A stretch of 5,906 nucleotides of DNA from a virus. Taxonomy: Duplodnaviria; Heunggongvirae; Uroviricota; Caudoviricetes. Within the stretch, counting starts at the first letter, position 1. Each line of letters opens with the position of its first letter. Below, piece by piece: positions 1 through 5,906 of this stretch. A program made the translations under genes and the position numbers. Location of the stretch: IMG/VR virus record IMGVR_UViG_3300029476_000074, one strand, 5' to 3'. Under the pieces are notes generated by a model, which was not told where the DNA came from, did not search any database, and saw nothing but the letters and a program-made list of their open reading frames with translations.

Positions 1-170
1 CCGGGAAGTTTGAGCAGAATAACCATGTGGTGATTAACAACGACGGCACGAACGGGCAGATAGGTCCGGCTGCTCTGAAGGCGGTGTATGACATGGCCCG
101 CAAGGGTGCCCGTGATGAAATTCAGACACAGATGCGTGATGGTGGACTGTTCTCCGGAGGTGGACGATGA
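1..170 (+). CDS. H: Tail tape-measure protein, C-terminal end (5'-truncated by window edge)
   Basis: Open frame in codon phase from position 3 to TGA at 168-170, translating ...GKFEQNNHVVINNDGTNGQIGPAALKAVYDMARKGARDEIQTQMRDGGLFSGGGR*. This matches my recollection of the lambda gpH C-terminus. The stop overlaps the next start (ATGA), as in lambda H/M. Lies immediately upstream of M in conserved order. Confidence 0.88.
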   Translation, partial: GKFEQNNHVVINNDGTNGQIGPAALKAVYDMARKGARDEIQTQMRDGGLFSGGGR

Positions 171-496
171 AAACCTTCCGCTGGAAAGTGAAACCCGGGA
201 TGGATGTGACATCGGCTCCTTCCGTCAGGGAGGTGCGCTTTGGTGATGGCTATTCCCAGCGTGCGCCTGCCGGGCTGAACGCTGACCTGAAAACGTACAG
301 CGTGACGCTGTCTGTCTCCCGTGAGGAGGCCACGGCGCTGGAGTCGTTTCTGGCTGAGCACGGGGGCTGGAAGGCCTTTCTGTGGACGCCGCCTTATGGT
401 TACAGGCAGATAAAGGTGACCTGCGCAAAATGGTCGTCGCAGGTCAGTATGTTGCGTGTTGGGTTCAGCGCAGAGTTTAAACAGGTGGTGAACTGA
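167..496 (+). CDS. M: Minor tail protein M (tail tip assembly), 109 aa
   Basis: ORF 167..496 encodes MKTFRWKVKPGMDV...AEFKQVVN, 109 aa, the same length as lambda gpM and near-identical by recollection. GGAGG at 156-160 sits 6 nt upstream of the ATG. Stop TGA 494-496 overlaps the L start (TGATG). Confidence 0.95.
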   Translation: MKTFRWKVKPGMDVTSAPSVREVRFGDGYSQRAPAGLNADLKTYSVTLSVSREEATALESFLAEHGGWKAFLWTPPYGYRQIKVTCAKWSSQVSMLRVGFSAEFKQVVN

Positions 497-1194
497 TGCA
501 GGATATCCGGCAGGAAACACTGAATGAATGCACCCGTGCGGAGCAGTCGGCCAGCGTGGTGCTCTGGGAAATCGATCTGACAGAGGTCGGTGGTGAACGC
601 TATTTTTTCTGTAATGAGCAGAACGAAAAAGGTGAGCCGGTCACCTGGCAGGGGCGGCAGTATCTGGCGTATCCCATTCAGGGGAGTGGTTTTGAACTGA
701 ATGGCAAAGGCACCAGTACGCGCCCCACGCTGGCAGTCTCTAACCTGTACGGCATGGTCACCGGGATGGTGGAAGATCTGCAGAGTCTGGTCGGCGGAAC
801 GGTGGTCAGGCGTAAGGTTTATGCCCGTTTTCTGGATGCGGTGAACTTCGTCAACGGAAACAGCGACGCCGATCCGGAGCAGGAGGTGATTAGCCGCTGG
901 CGCATCGAGCAGTGCAGCGAATTGAGCGCGGTCAGTGCCTCCTTTGTACTGTCCACGCCGACTGAAACGGATGGTGCCGTTTTTCCGGGGCGCATTATGC
1001 TGGCTAATACCTGCACCTGGATCTATCGCGGTGATGAGTGCGGTTATAACGGTCCGGCGGTCGCGGATGAATATGACCAGCCGACGTCCGATATCACGAA
1101 GGATAAATGCAGCAAATGCCTGAGCGGCTGTAAGTTTCGCAATAACGTCGGCAACTTTGGCGGCTTCCTTTCCATTAACAAACTTTCGCAGTAA
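496..1194 (+). CDS. L: Minor tail protein L (tail tip assembly, Fe-S cluster-binding), 232 aa
   Basis: ORF 496..1194 encodes MQDIRQETLNECTRAEQSASVVLWEIDL...FLSINKLSQ, 232 aa, the length of lambda gpL. C-terminal Cys cluster (CTW...DEC...DKCSKC...SGC) at nt 1012-1131. Start coupled to the M stop. Confidence 0.95.
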   Translation: MQDIRQETLNECTRAEQSASVVLWEIDLTEVGGERYFFCNEQNEKGEPVTWQGRQYLAYPIQGSGFELNGKGTSTRPTLAVSNLYGMVTGMVEDLQSLVGGTVVRRKVYARFLDAVNFVNGNSDADPEQEVISRWRIEQCSELSAVSASFVLSTPTETDGAVFPGRIMLANTCTWIYRGDECGYNGPAVADEYDQPTSDITKDKCSKCLSGCKFRNNVGNFGGFLSINKLSQ

Positions 1195-1199
1195 ATCCC

Positions 1200-1943
1200 A
1201 TGACAGAGACAGAATCAGCGATTCTGGCGCACGCCCGACGATGTGCGCCAGCGGAGTCGTGCGGCTTCGTGGTGAGAACGCCGGAGGGGGAAAGATATTT
1301 TCCCTGCGTGAATATCTCCGGTGAGTCGGAGGAGTATTTCCGGATGTCTCCGGAAGACTGGCTGCAGGCAGAAATGCAGGGTGAGATTGTGGCGCTGGTC
1401 CACAGCCACCCCGGTGGTCTGCCCTGGCTGAGTGAGGCCGACCGGCGGCTGCAGGTGCAGAGTGATTTGCCGTGGTGGCTGGTCTGCCGGGGGGCGATTC
1501 ATAAGTTCCGCTGTGTGCCGCATCTCACCGGGCGGCGCTTTGAGCACGGGGTGACGGACTGTTACACGCTGTTCCGGGACGCTTACCATCTGGCGGGGAT
1601 TGAGATGCCGGACTTTCATCGTGAGGATGACTGGTGGCGTAACGGCCAGAATCTCTATCTTGATAATCTGGAGGCCACAGGGCTGTATCAGGTGCCGTTG
1701 TCAGCGGCGCAGCCGGGCGATGTGCTGCTGTGCTGCTTTGGTTCATCGGTGCCGAATCATGCCGCTATTTACTGTGGTGACGGCGAGCTGCTGCACCATA
1801 TTCCTGAACAACTGAGTAAACGAGAGAGGTATACCGACAAATGGCAGCGACGCACACACTCCCTCTGGCGTCACCGGGCATGGCGCGCATCTGCCTTTAC
1901 GGGGATTTACAACGATTTGGCCGCCGCATCGACCTTCGTGTGA
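1200..1943 (+). CDS. K: Tail tip assembly protein K (JAB/MPN + NlpC/P60 two-domain protein), 247 aa as the long ORF
   Basis: ORF 1200..1943. JAMM-like motif HSHPGGLPWLSEAD (HxHx7SxxD) at nt 1401-1442. NlpC/P60-like catalytic Cys in GVTDCYTLF (Cys codon 1560-1562) with a downstream His in PNHAAIY. The C-terminal 199 aa starting at MSPEDW (ATG 1344) correspond to the classical lambda K annotation. ATG 1200 lies 5 nt after the L stop, consistent with coupling. Confidence 0.93.
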   Translation: MTETESAILAHARRCAPAESCGFVVRTPEGERYFPCVNISGESEEYFRMSPEDWLQAEMQGEIVALVHSHPGGLPWLSEADRRLQVQSDLPWWLVCRGAIHKFRCVPHLTGRRFEHGVTDCYTLFRDAYHLAGIEMPDFHREDDWWRNGQNLYLDNLEATGLYQVPLSAAQPGDVLLCCFGSSVPNHAAIYCGDGELLHHIPEQLSKRERYTDKWQRRTHSLWRHRAWRASAFTGIYNDLAAASTFV

Positions 1944-2512
1944 AAACGGGGGCTGAAGCCATCCGCGCACTGGCCACACAGCTCCCGGTGTTTCGTCAGA
2001 AACTGAGCGACGGCTGGTATCAGGTACGGATTGCCGGGCGGGACGTCAGCACGTCCGGGTTAACGGCGCAGTTACATGAGACTCTGCCTGATGGCGCTGT
2101 GATTCATATTGTTCCCAGAGTCGCCGGGGCCAAGTCAGGTGGCGTATTCCAGATTGTCCTGGGGGCTGCCGCCATTGCCGGATCATTCTTTACCGCCGGA
2201 GCCACCCTTGCAGCATGGGGGGCAGCCATTGGGGCCGGTGGTATGACCGGCATCCTGTTTTCTCTCGGTGCCAGTATGGTGCTCGGTGGTGTGGCGCAGA
2301 TGCTGGCACCGAAAGCCAGAACTCCCCGTACACAGACAACGGATAACGGCAAACAGAACACCTATTTCTCCTCACTGGATAACATGGTTGCCCAGGGCAA
2401 TGTTCTGCCTGTTCTGTACGGTGAAATGCGCGTGGGGTCACGCGTGGTTTCTCAGGAGATCAGCACGGCAGATGAAGGGGATGGTGGTCAGGTTGTGGTA
2501 ATTGGGCGGTAA
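1841..2512 (+). CDS. I: Tail tip assembly protein I (ubiquitin-like N-terminal domain, Gly/Ala-rich hydrophobic C-terminal region), 223 aa
   Basis: ORF 1841..2512 encodes MAATHTLPLASPGMARICLYGDLQRFGRRIDLRV...GGQVVVIGR, 223 aa, the length of lambda gpI. Overlaps the 3' end of K by 103 nt in a different frame, the arrangement I recall for lambda K/I. Confidence 0.93.
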   Translation: MAATHTLPLASPGMARICLYGDLQRFGRRIDLRVKTGAEAIRALATQLPVFRQKLSDGWYQVRIAGRDVSTSGLTAQLHETLPDGAVIHIVPRVAGAKSGGVFQIVLGAAAIAGSFFTAGATLAAWGAAIGAGGMTGILFSLGASMVLGGVAQMLAPKARTPRTQTTDNGKQNTYFSSLDNMVAQGNVLPVLYGEMRVGSRVVSQEISTADEGDGGQVVVIGR

Positions 2513-2585
2513 TATTATTTTACTCATGTTCTAACTAATTTAATATTTATATCGAACACTGATAATTATTCTATTGGTTAGCTAT
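2513..2585 (+). promoter_or_regulatory. Putative sigma70-type promoter region for the moron gene (exact -35/-10 uncertain)
   Basis: Very AT-rich 70 bp directly upstream of the lipoprotein ORF with several -10-like hexamers (TAATAT 2541-2546, GATAAT 2561-2566) and weak -35-like elements (TTTACT 2518-2523, TTTAAT 2539-2544). No single convincing consensus pair, so low confidence. Confidence 0.25.
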
Positions 2586-2924
2586 ATGAACAAAACGATT
2601 TTATTCTGCACGATTATTGCCTTAACAGGATGTAAATCTTTGGATTACGTAAAATCCGGAAAACCTGTAATGGAAGGTAATTCATTAAAAAATATTGATG
2701 AATTGTCAGGCTGCATATCCAGACAATGGGCTGGTAATGGAACACCTATAACATCCCTTCCTATTGAGAATGGGGTAAGCCTTTTAGTTCCACAGGCTAT
2801 GGGGGGATATGATGTTGTGCTTGATATCAAAAAAGCAGGAAATGGCAGTAGTTTTACTCTTTATGAACGTGTACCAGCATTAACGCCAAAAATTTTTGCT
2901 GATAGTGTTAATGCATGTAAATAA
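2586..2924 (+). CDS. Predicted lipoprotein of unknown function (phage moron gene), about 112 aa precursor
   Basis: ORF in the track starts at TTG 2574; I prefer ATG 2586, giving MNKTILFCTIIALTGC|KSLDYVKSGKPVMEG... This has a basic n-region, a hydrophobic h-region and a lipobox L-T-G-C with Cys at residue 16, the signal peptidase II signature. Stop TAA 2922-2924. No strong Shine-Dalgarno. Codon usage is AT-rich and unlike the neighbouring genes. I do not recognise the protein family. Confidence 0.7.
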   Translation: MNKTILFCTIIALTGCKSLDYVKSGKPVMEGNSLKNIDELSGCISRQWAGNGTPITSLPIENGVSLLVPQAMGGYDVVLDIKKAGNGSSFTLYERVPALTPKIFADSVNACK

Positions 2925-2948
2925 TAGTTAATCCTGCCGTAACTCATG

Positions 2949-2976
2949 AGCCGCCTTTTGGGCGGCTTTGTTGTTT
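2949..2976 (+). terminator. Rho-independent terminator downstream of the moron gene
   Basis: Inverted repeat AGCCGCC (2949-2955) / GGCGGCT (2961-2967) with a 5-nt loop TTTTG, followed by the T-rich tract TTGTTGTTT (2968-2976). Lies 25 nt after the ORF stop and 15 nt before the J start. Confidence 0.6.
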
Positions 2977-2990
2977 ATGGAGTGTGAGGA

Positions 2991-5906
2991 ATGGGTAAAG
3001 GAAGCAGTAAGGGGCATACCCCGCGCGAAGCGAAGGACAACCTGAAGTCCACGCAGCTGCTGAGTGTGATCGATGCCATCAGCGAAGGGCCGATTGAAGG
3101 TCCGGTGGATGGATTAAAAAGCGTGCTGCTGAACAGTACGCCGGTGCTGGATAGCGAAGGGAATACCAACATCGCCGGTGTCACGGTGGTGTTCCGGGCA
3201 GGTGAGCAGGAGCAGACACCGCCGGAGGGATTTGAATCCTCCGGCTCCGAGACGGTGCTGGGTACGGAAGTGAAATATGACACGCCGATCACCCGGACCA
3301 TCACGTCGGCAAACATTGACCGTCTGCGTTTTACTTTCGGCGTGCAGGCACTGGTGGAAACCACCTCAAAGGGTGACCGGAATCCGTCGGAAGTCCGCCT
3401 GCTGGTTCAGATACAACGTAACGGTGGCTGGGTGACGGAAAAAGACATCACCATTAAGGGCAAAACCACGTCGCAGTATCTGGCCTCGGTGGTGGTGGAT
3501 AACCTGCCGCCGCGCCCGTTTAATATCCGGATGCGCAGGATGACGCCGGACAGCACCACAGACCAGTTGCAGAACAAAACGCTCTGGTCGTCATACACCG
3601 AAATCATCGATGTGAAACAGTGCTACCCGAACACGGCACTGGTCGGCGTGCAGGTGGACTCGGAGCAGTTCGGCAGCCAGCAGGTGAGCCGTAATTATCA
3701 TCTTCGCGGGCGCATTCTGCAGGTGCCGTCGAACTATAACCCGCAGACGCGGCAATACAGCGGTATCTGGGACGGAACGTTTAAGCCAGCATACAGCAAC
3801 AACATGGCCTGGTGTCTGTGGGATATGCTGACCCATCCGCGCTACGGCATGGGGAAGCGTCTCGGTGCGGCGGATGTGGACAAATGGGCGCTGTATGTCA
3901 TCGGCCAGAATTGCGACCAGTCGGTGCCGGATGGCTTTGGTGGCACGGAGCCGCGCATCACCTGTAACGCTTACCTGACCACGCAGCGTAAGGCGTGGGA
4001 TGTTCTCAGCGATTTCTGCTCGGCGATGCGCTGTATGCCGGTATGGAACGGGCAGATGCTGACGTTCGTGCAGGACCGACCGTCGGATAAGGTGTGGACC
4101 TATAACCGCAGTAATGTGGTGATGCCGGATGATGGCGCGCCGTTCCGCTACAGCTTCAGCGCCCTGAAAGACCGCCATAATGCCGTTGAGGTGAACTGGA
4201 TTGACCCGGATAACGGCTGGGAGACGGCAACAGAGCTTGTGGAGGATACGCAGGCCATTCTCCGTTACGGTCGTAACGTCACGAAGATGGATGCCTTTGG
4301 CTGTACCAGCCGGGGGCAGGCGCACCGCGCCGGGCTGTGGCTGATTAAAACGGAACTGCTGGAAACGCAGACCGTGGACTTCAGCGTGGGCGCAGAAGGG
4401 CTTCGCCATGTACCGGGCGATGTCATTGAAATCTGCGATGATGACTATGCGGGGATCAGCATCGGTGGTCGCGTACTGGCGGTGAACAGCCAGACCCGGA
4501 CGCTGACGCTCGACCGTGAAATCACGCTGCCATCCTCCGGCACCACGCTGATAAGCCTGGTTGACGGTGAGGGTAATCCGGTCAGTGTGGAGGTCCAGTC
4601 CGTCACCGACGGCGTGAAGGTGAAAGTGAGCCGTGTTCCTGACGGCGTTGCTGAATACAGCGTGTGGGGGCTGAAGCTGCCGACGCTGCGCCAGCGCCTG
4701 TTCCGCTGCGTGAGTATCCGTGAGAACGATGACGGCACGTATGCCATCACCGCCGTGCAGCATGTACCGGAGAAAGAAGCCATCGTGGATAACGGGGCGC
4801 ACTTTGACGGTGACCAGAGCGGCACGGTGAATGGTGTCACGCCGCCAGCGGTGCAGCACCTGACCGCAGAAGTCACCGCAGACAGTGGGGAATATCAGGT
4901 GCTGGCGCGCTGGGACACGCCGAAGGTGGTGAAGGGCGTGAGATTCCTGCTTCGCCTGACCGTGGCAGCGGATGACGGCAGTGAGCGGCTGGTCAGCACG
5001 GCCCGGACGACGGAAACCACATACCGCTTCACGCAACTGGCGCTGGGGAACTACAGGCTGACAGTCCGGGCGGTAAATGCCCGGGGGCAGCAGGGCGATC
5101 CGGCGTCGGTATCGTTCCGGATTGCCGCACCGGCAGCACCGTCGCGGATTGAGCTGACGCCGGGCTATTTTCAGATAACCGCCACGCCGCATCTTGCGGT
5201 TTATGATCCGACGGTACAGTTTGAGTTCTGGTTCTCGGAAAAGCGGATTGCGGATATCAGGCAGGTTGAAACCACAGCACGCTATCTTGGCACGGCGCTG
5301 TACTGGATAGCCGCCAGTATCAATATCAAACCGGGCCATGATTATTATTTTTACATCCGCAGTGTGAACACCGTTGGCAAATCGGCATTTGTGGAGGCTG
5401 TTGGCCAGCCGAGTGATGATGCATCCGGCTATCTGAATTTTTTCAAAGGAGAGATAGGGAAAACCCATCTGGCTCAGGAGTTGTGGACGCAGATTGATAA
5501 CGGTCAGCTTGCGCCTGACCTGGCTGAAATCAGGACGTCCATTACGGGTGTCAGCAATGAAATCACGCAGACCGTCAATAAGAAACTGGAAGACCAGAGT
5601 GCAGCGATCCAGCAGATACAGAAGGTTCAGGTTGATACAAATAATAACCTGAACAGCATGTGGGCTGTGAAGCTGCAGCAGATGCAGGACGGACGCCTTT
5701 ATATCGCGGGTATTGGTGCCGGTATTGAGAACACCCCTGACGGCATGCAGAGTCAGGTGCTGCTGGCGGCGGACAGGATTGCGATGATTAATCCTGCGAA
5801 TGGCAACACAAAGCCGATGTTTGTTGGGCAGGGCGATCAGATATTCATGAACGAAGTGTTCCTGAAATATCTGACGGCTCCCACCATTACCAGCGGCGGT
5901 AATCCT
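2991..5906 (+). CDS. J: Host specificity protein J / central tail fibre (tail tip), N-terminal ~972 aa, 3'-truncated by window edge
   Basis: ATG 2991 preceded by GGAG (2979-2982). The frame stays open to the last base of the window (2916 nt, 972 codons), which is why it is missing from the ORF track. Translation begins [53 protein letters not shown]... and ends ...[30 protein letters not shown], matching lambda gpJ by recollection over most of its length. Confidence 0.95.
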   Translation, partial: MGKGSSKGHTPREAKDNLKSTQLLSVIDAISEGPIEGPVDGLKSVLLNSTPVLDSEGNTNIAGVTVVFRAGEQEQTPPEGFESSGSETVLGTEVKYDTPITRTITSANIDRLRFTFGVQALVETTSKGDRNPSEVRLLVQIQRNGGWVTEKDITIKGKTTSQYLASVVVDNLPPRPFNIRMRRMTPDSTTDQLQNKTLWSSYTEIIDVKQCYPNTALVGVQVDSEQFGSQQVSRNYHLRGRILQVPSNYNPQTRQYSGIWDGTFKPAYSNNMAWCLWDMLTHPRYGMGKRLGAADVDKWALYVIGQNCDQSVPDGFGGTEPRITCNAYLTTQRKAWDVLSDFCSAMRCMPVWNGQMLTFVQDRPSDKVWTYNRSNVVMPDDGAPFRYSFSALKDRHNAVEVNWIDPDNGWETATELVEDTQAILRYGRNVTKMDAFGCTSRGQAHRAGLWLIKTELLETQTVDFSVGAEGLRHVPGDVIEICDDDYAGISIGGRVLAVNSQTRTLTLDREITLPSSGTTLISLVDGEGNPVSVEVQSVTDGVKVKVSRVPDGVAEYSVWGLKLPTLRQRLFRCVSIRENDDGTYAITAVQHVPEKEAIVDNGAHFDGDQSGTVNGVTPPAVQHLTAEVTADSGEYQVLARWDTPKVVKGVRFLLRLTVAADDGSERLVSTARTTETTYRFTQLALGNYRLTVRAVNARGQQGDPASVSFRIAAPAAPSRIELTPGYFQITATPHLAVYDPTVQFEFWFSEKRIADIRQVETTARYLGTALYWIAASINIKPGHDYYFYIRSVNTVGKSAFVEAVGQPSDDASGYLNFFKGEIGKTHLAQELWTQIDNGQLAPDLAEIRTSITGVSNEITQTVNKKLEDQSAAIQQIQKVQVDTNNNLNSMWAVKLQQMQDGRLYIAGIGAGIENTPDGMQSQVLLAADRIAMINPANGNTKPMFVGQGDQIFMNEVFLKYLTAPTITSGGNP

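Larger units (their letters stand above)
2513..2990. other. AT-rich intergenic cassette between I and J (moron-like insertion) with its own gene and terminator
   Basis: Sharp compositional drop, by eye roughly one-third GC against about 55-60% in the flanking tail genes. The I-J spacer is 478 bp here, whereas I recall about 60 bp in lambda. Contains one small + strand ORF and an intrinsic terminator. Confidence 0.7.

Noticed and set aside
122-520. 132-aa minus-strand ORF, plus the 67-aa one at 225..428
   Set aside because: Both are antisense to M, which is strongly supported by its length and sequence. No independent signals.
819-1123. Small ORFs (65 aa on the minus strand, 62 aa on the + strand in an alternate frame) within L
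   Set aside because: Embedded in or antisense to the L coding frame, with no start context and Arg-rich composition. Artefacts of GC-rich sequence.
1215-1979. Minus-strand ORFs (134, 73, 78 aa) and a + strand alternate-frame 71-aa ORF within K/I
   Set aside because: Overlap the K and I frames, which have clear domain motifs. No supporting features.
2104-2501. Minus-strand ORFs (85, 83 aa) and a + strand alternate-frame 77-aa ORF within I
   Set aside because: Inside the I coding region in other frames. Low-complexity translations.
2574-2585. TTG start proposed by the ORF track for the moron gene (MVSYMNKT...)
   Set aside because: The in-frame ATG at 2586 gives a canonical lipoprotein signal peptide beginning MNKT. 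The four extra residues add nothing and TTG is a rarer initiator. Kept as an alternative only.
2645-2830. 61-aa minus-strand ORF inside the moron
   Set aside because: Antisense to the lipoprotein gene, which has a coherent signal peptide and lipobox. The antisense frame has no start context or recognisable features.
2975-3607. Minus-strand ORFs of 129 aa and 66 aa overlapping the 5' part of J
   Set aside because: Antisense to the J N-terminus, whose translation matches lambda gpJ. Shadow ORFs.
4445-4876. 143-aa ORF on the minus strand
   Set aside because: Antisense to J, Ser/Thr/Pro-rich with no recognisable domain. Shadow ORF.
3591-5468. 625-aa ORF on the minus strand
   Set aside because: Lies entirely antisense to the well-supported J frame. 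Arg/Pro/Ala-rich low-complexity translation typical of a shadow ORF in GC-rich coding DNA, with no ribosome-binding context.
1-5906. Search for CRISPR repeats, tRNA or rRNA genes, IS terminal inverted repeats or an integrase/att site
   Set aside because: No regularly spaced direct repeats, no tRNA-like cloverleaf candidates and no transposase-like ORF were seen. Apart from the short AT-rich cassette, the window is fully occupied by contiguous tail genes.

Overview
Lambda-like (lambdoid) tail-tip assembly module on the + strand: the 3' end of tape-measure gene H, then M, L, K, I and the first ~972 codons of host-specificity gene J (which runs off the window end). The genes are tightly packed and translationally coupled, and the proteins look near-identical to phage lambda's by recollection; no alignment could be run. 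The one element that does not belong to the canonical layout is a ~0.4 kb AT-rich cassette between I and J (about 2513-2990). It carries a small gene for a predicted lipoprotein of unknown family followed by a hairpin-plus-T-tract terminator, which is the architecture of a phage 'moron'. This cassette is the best candidate for an undescribed accessory function (lysogen-expressed exclusion, defence or host-fitness factor). A second point of interest is a diverged, lower-GC block inside J (about 5440-5820), consistent with mosaic module exchange. No tRNA, rRNA, CRISPR array or IS element is evident. The minus-strand ORFs in the track all look like antisense shadows of the GC-rich tail genes.
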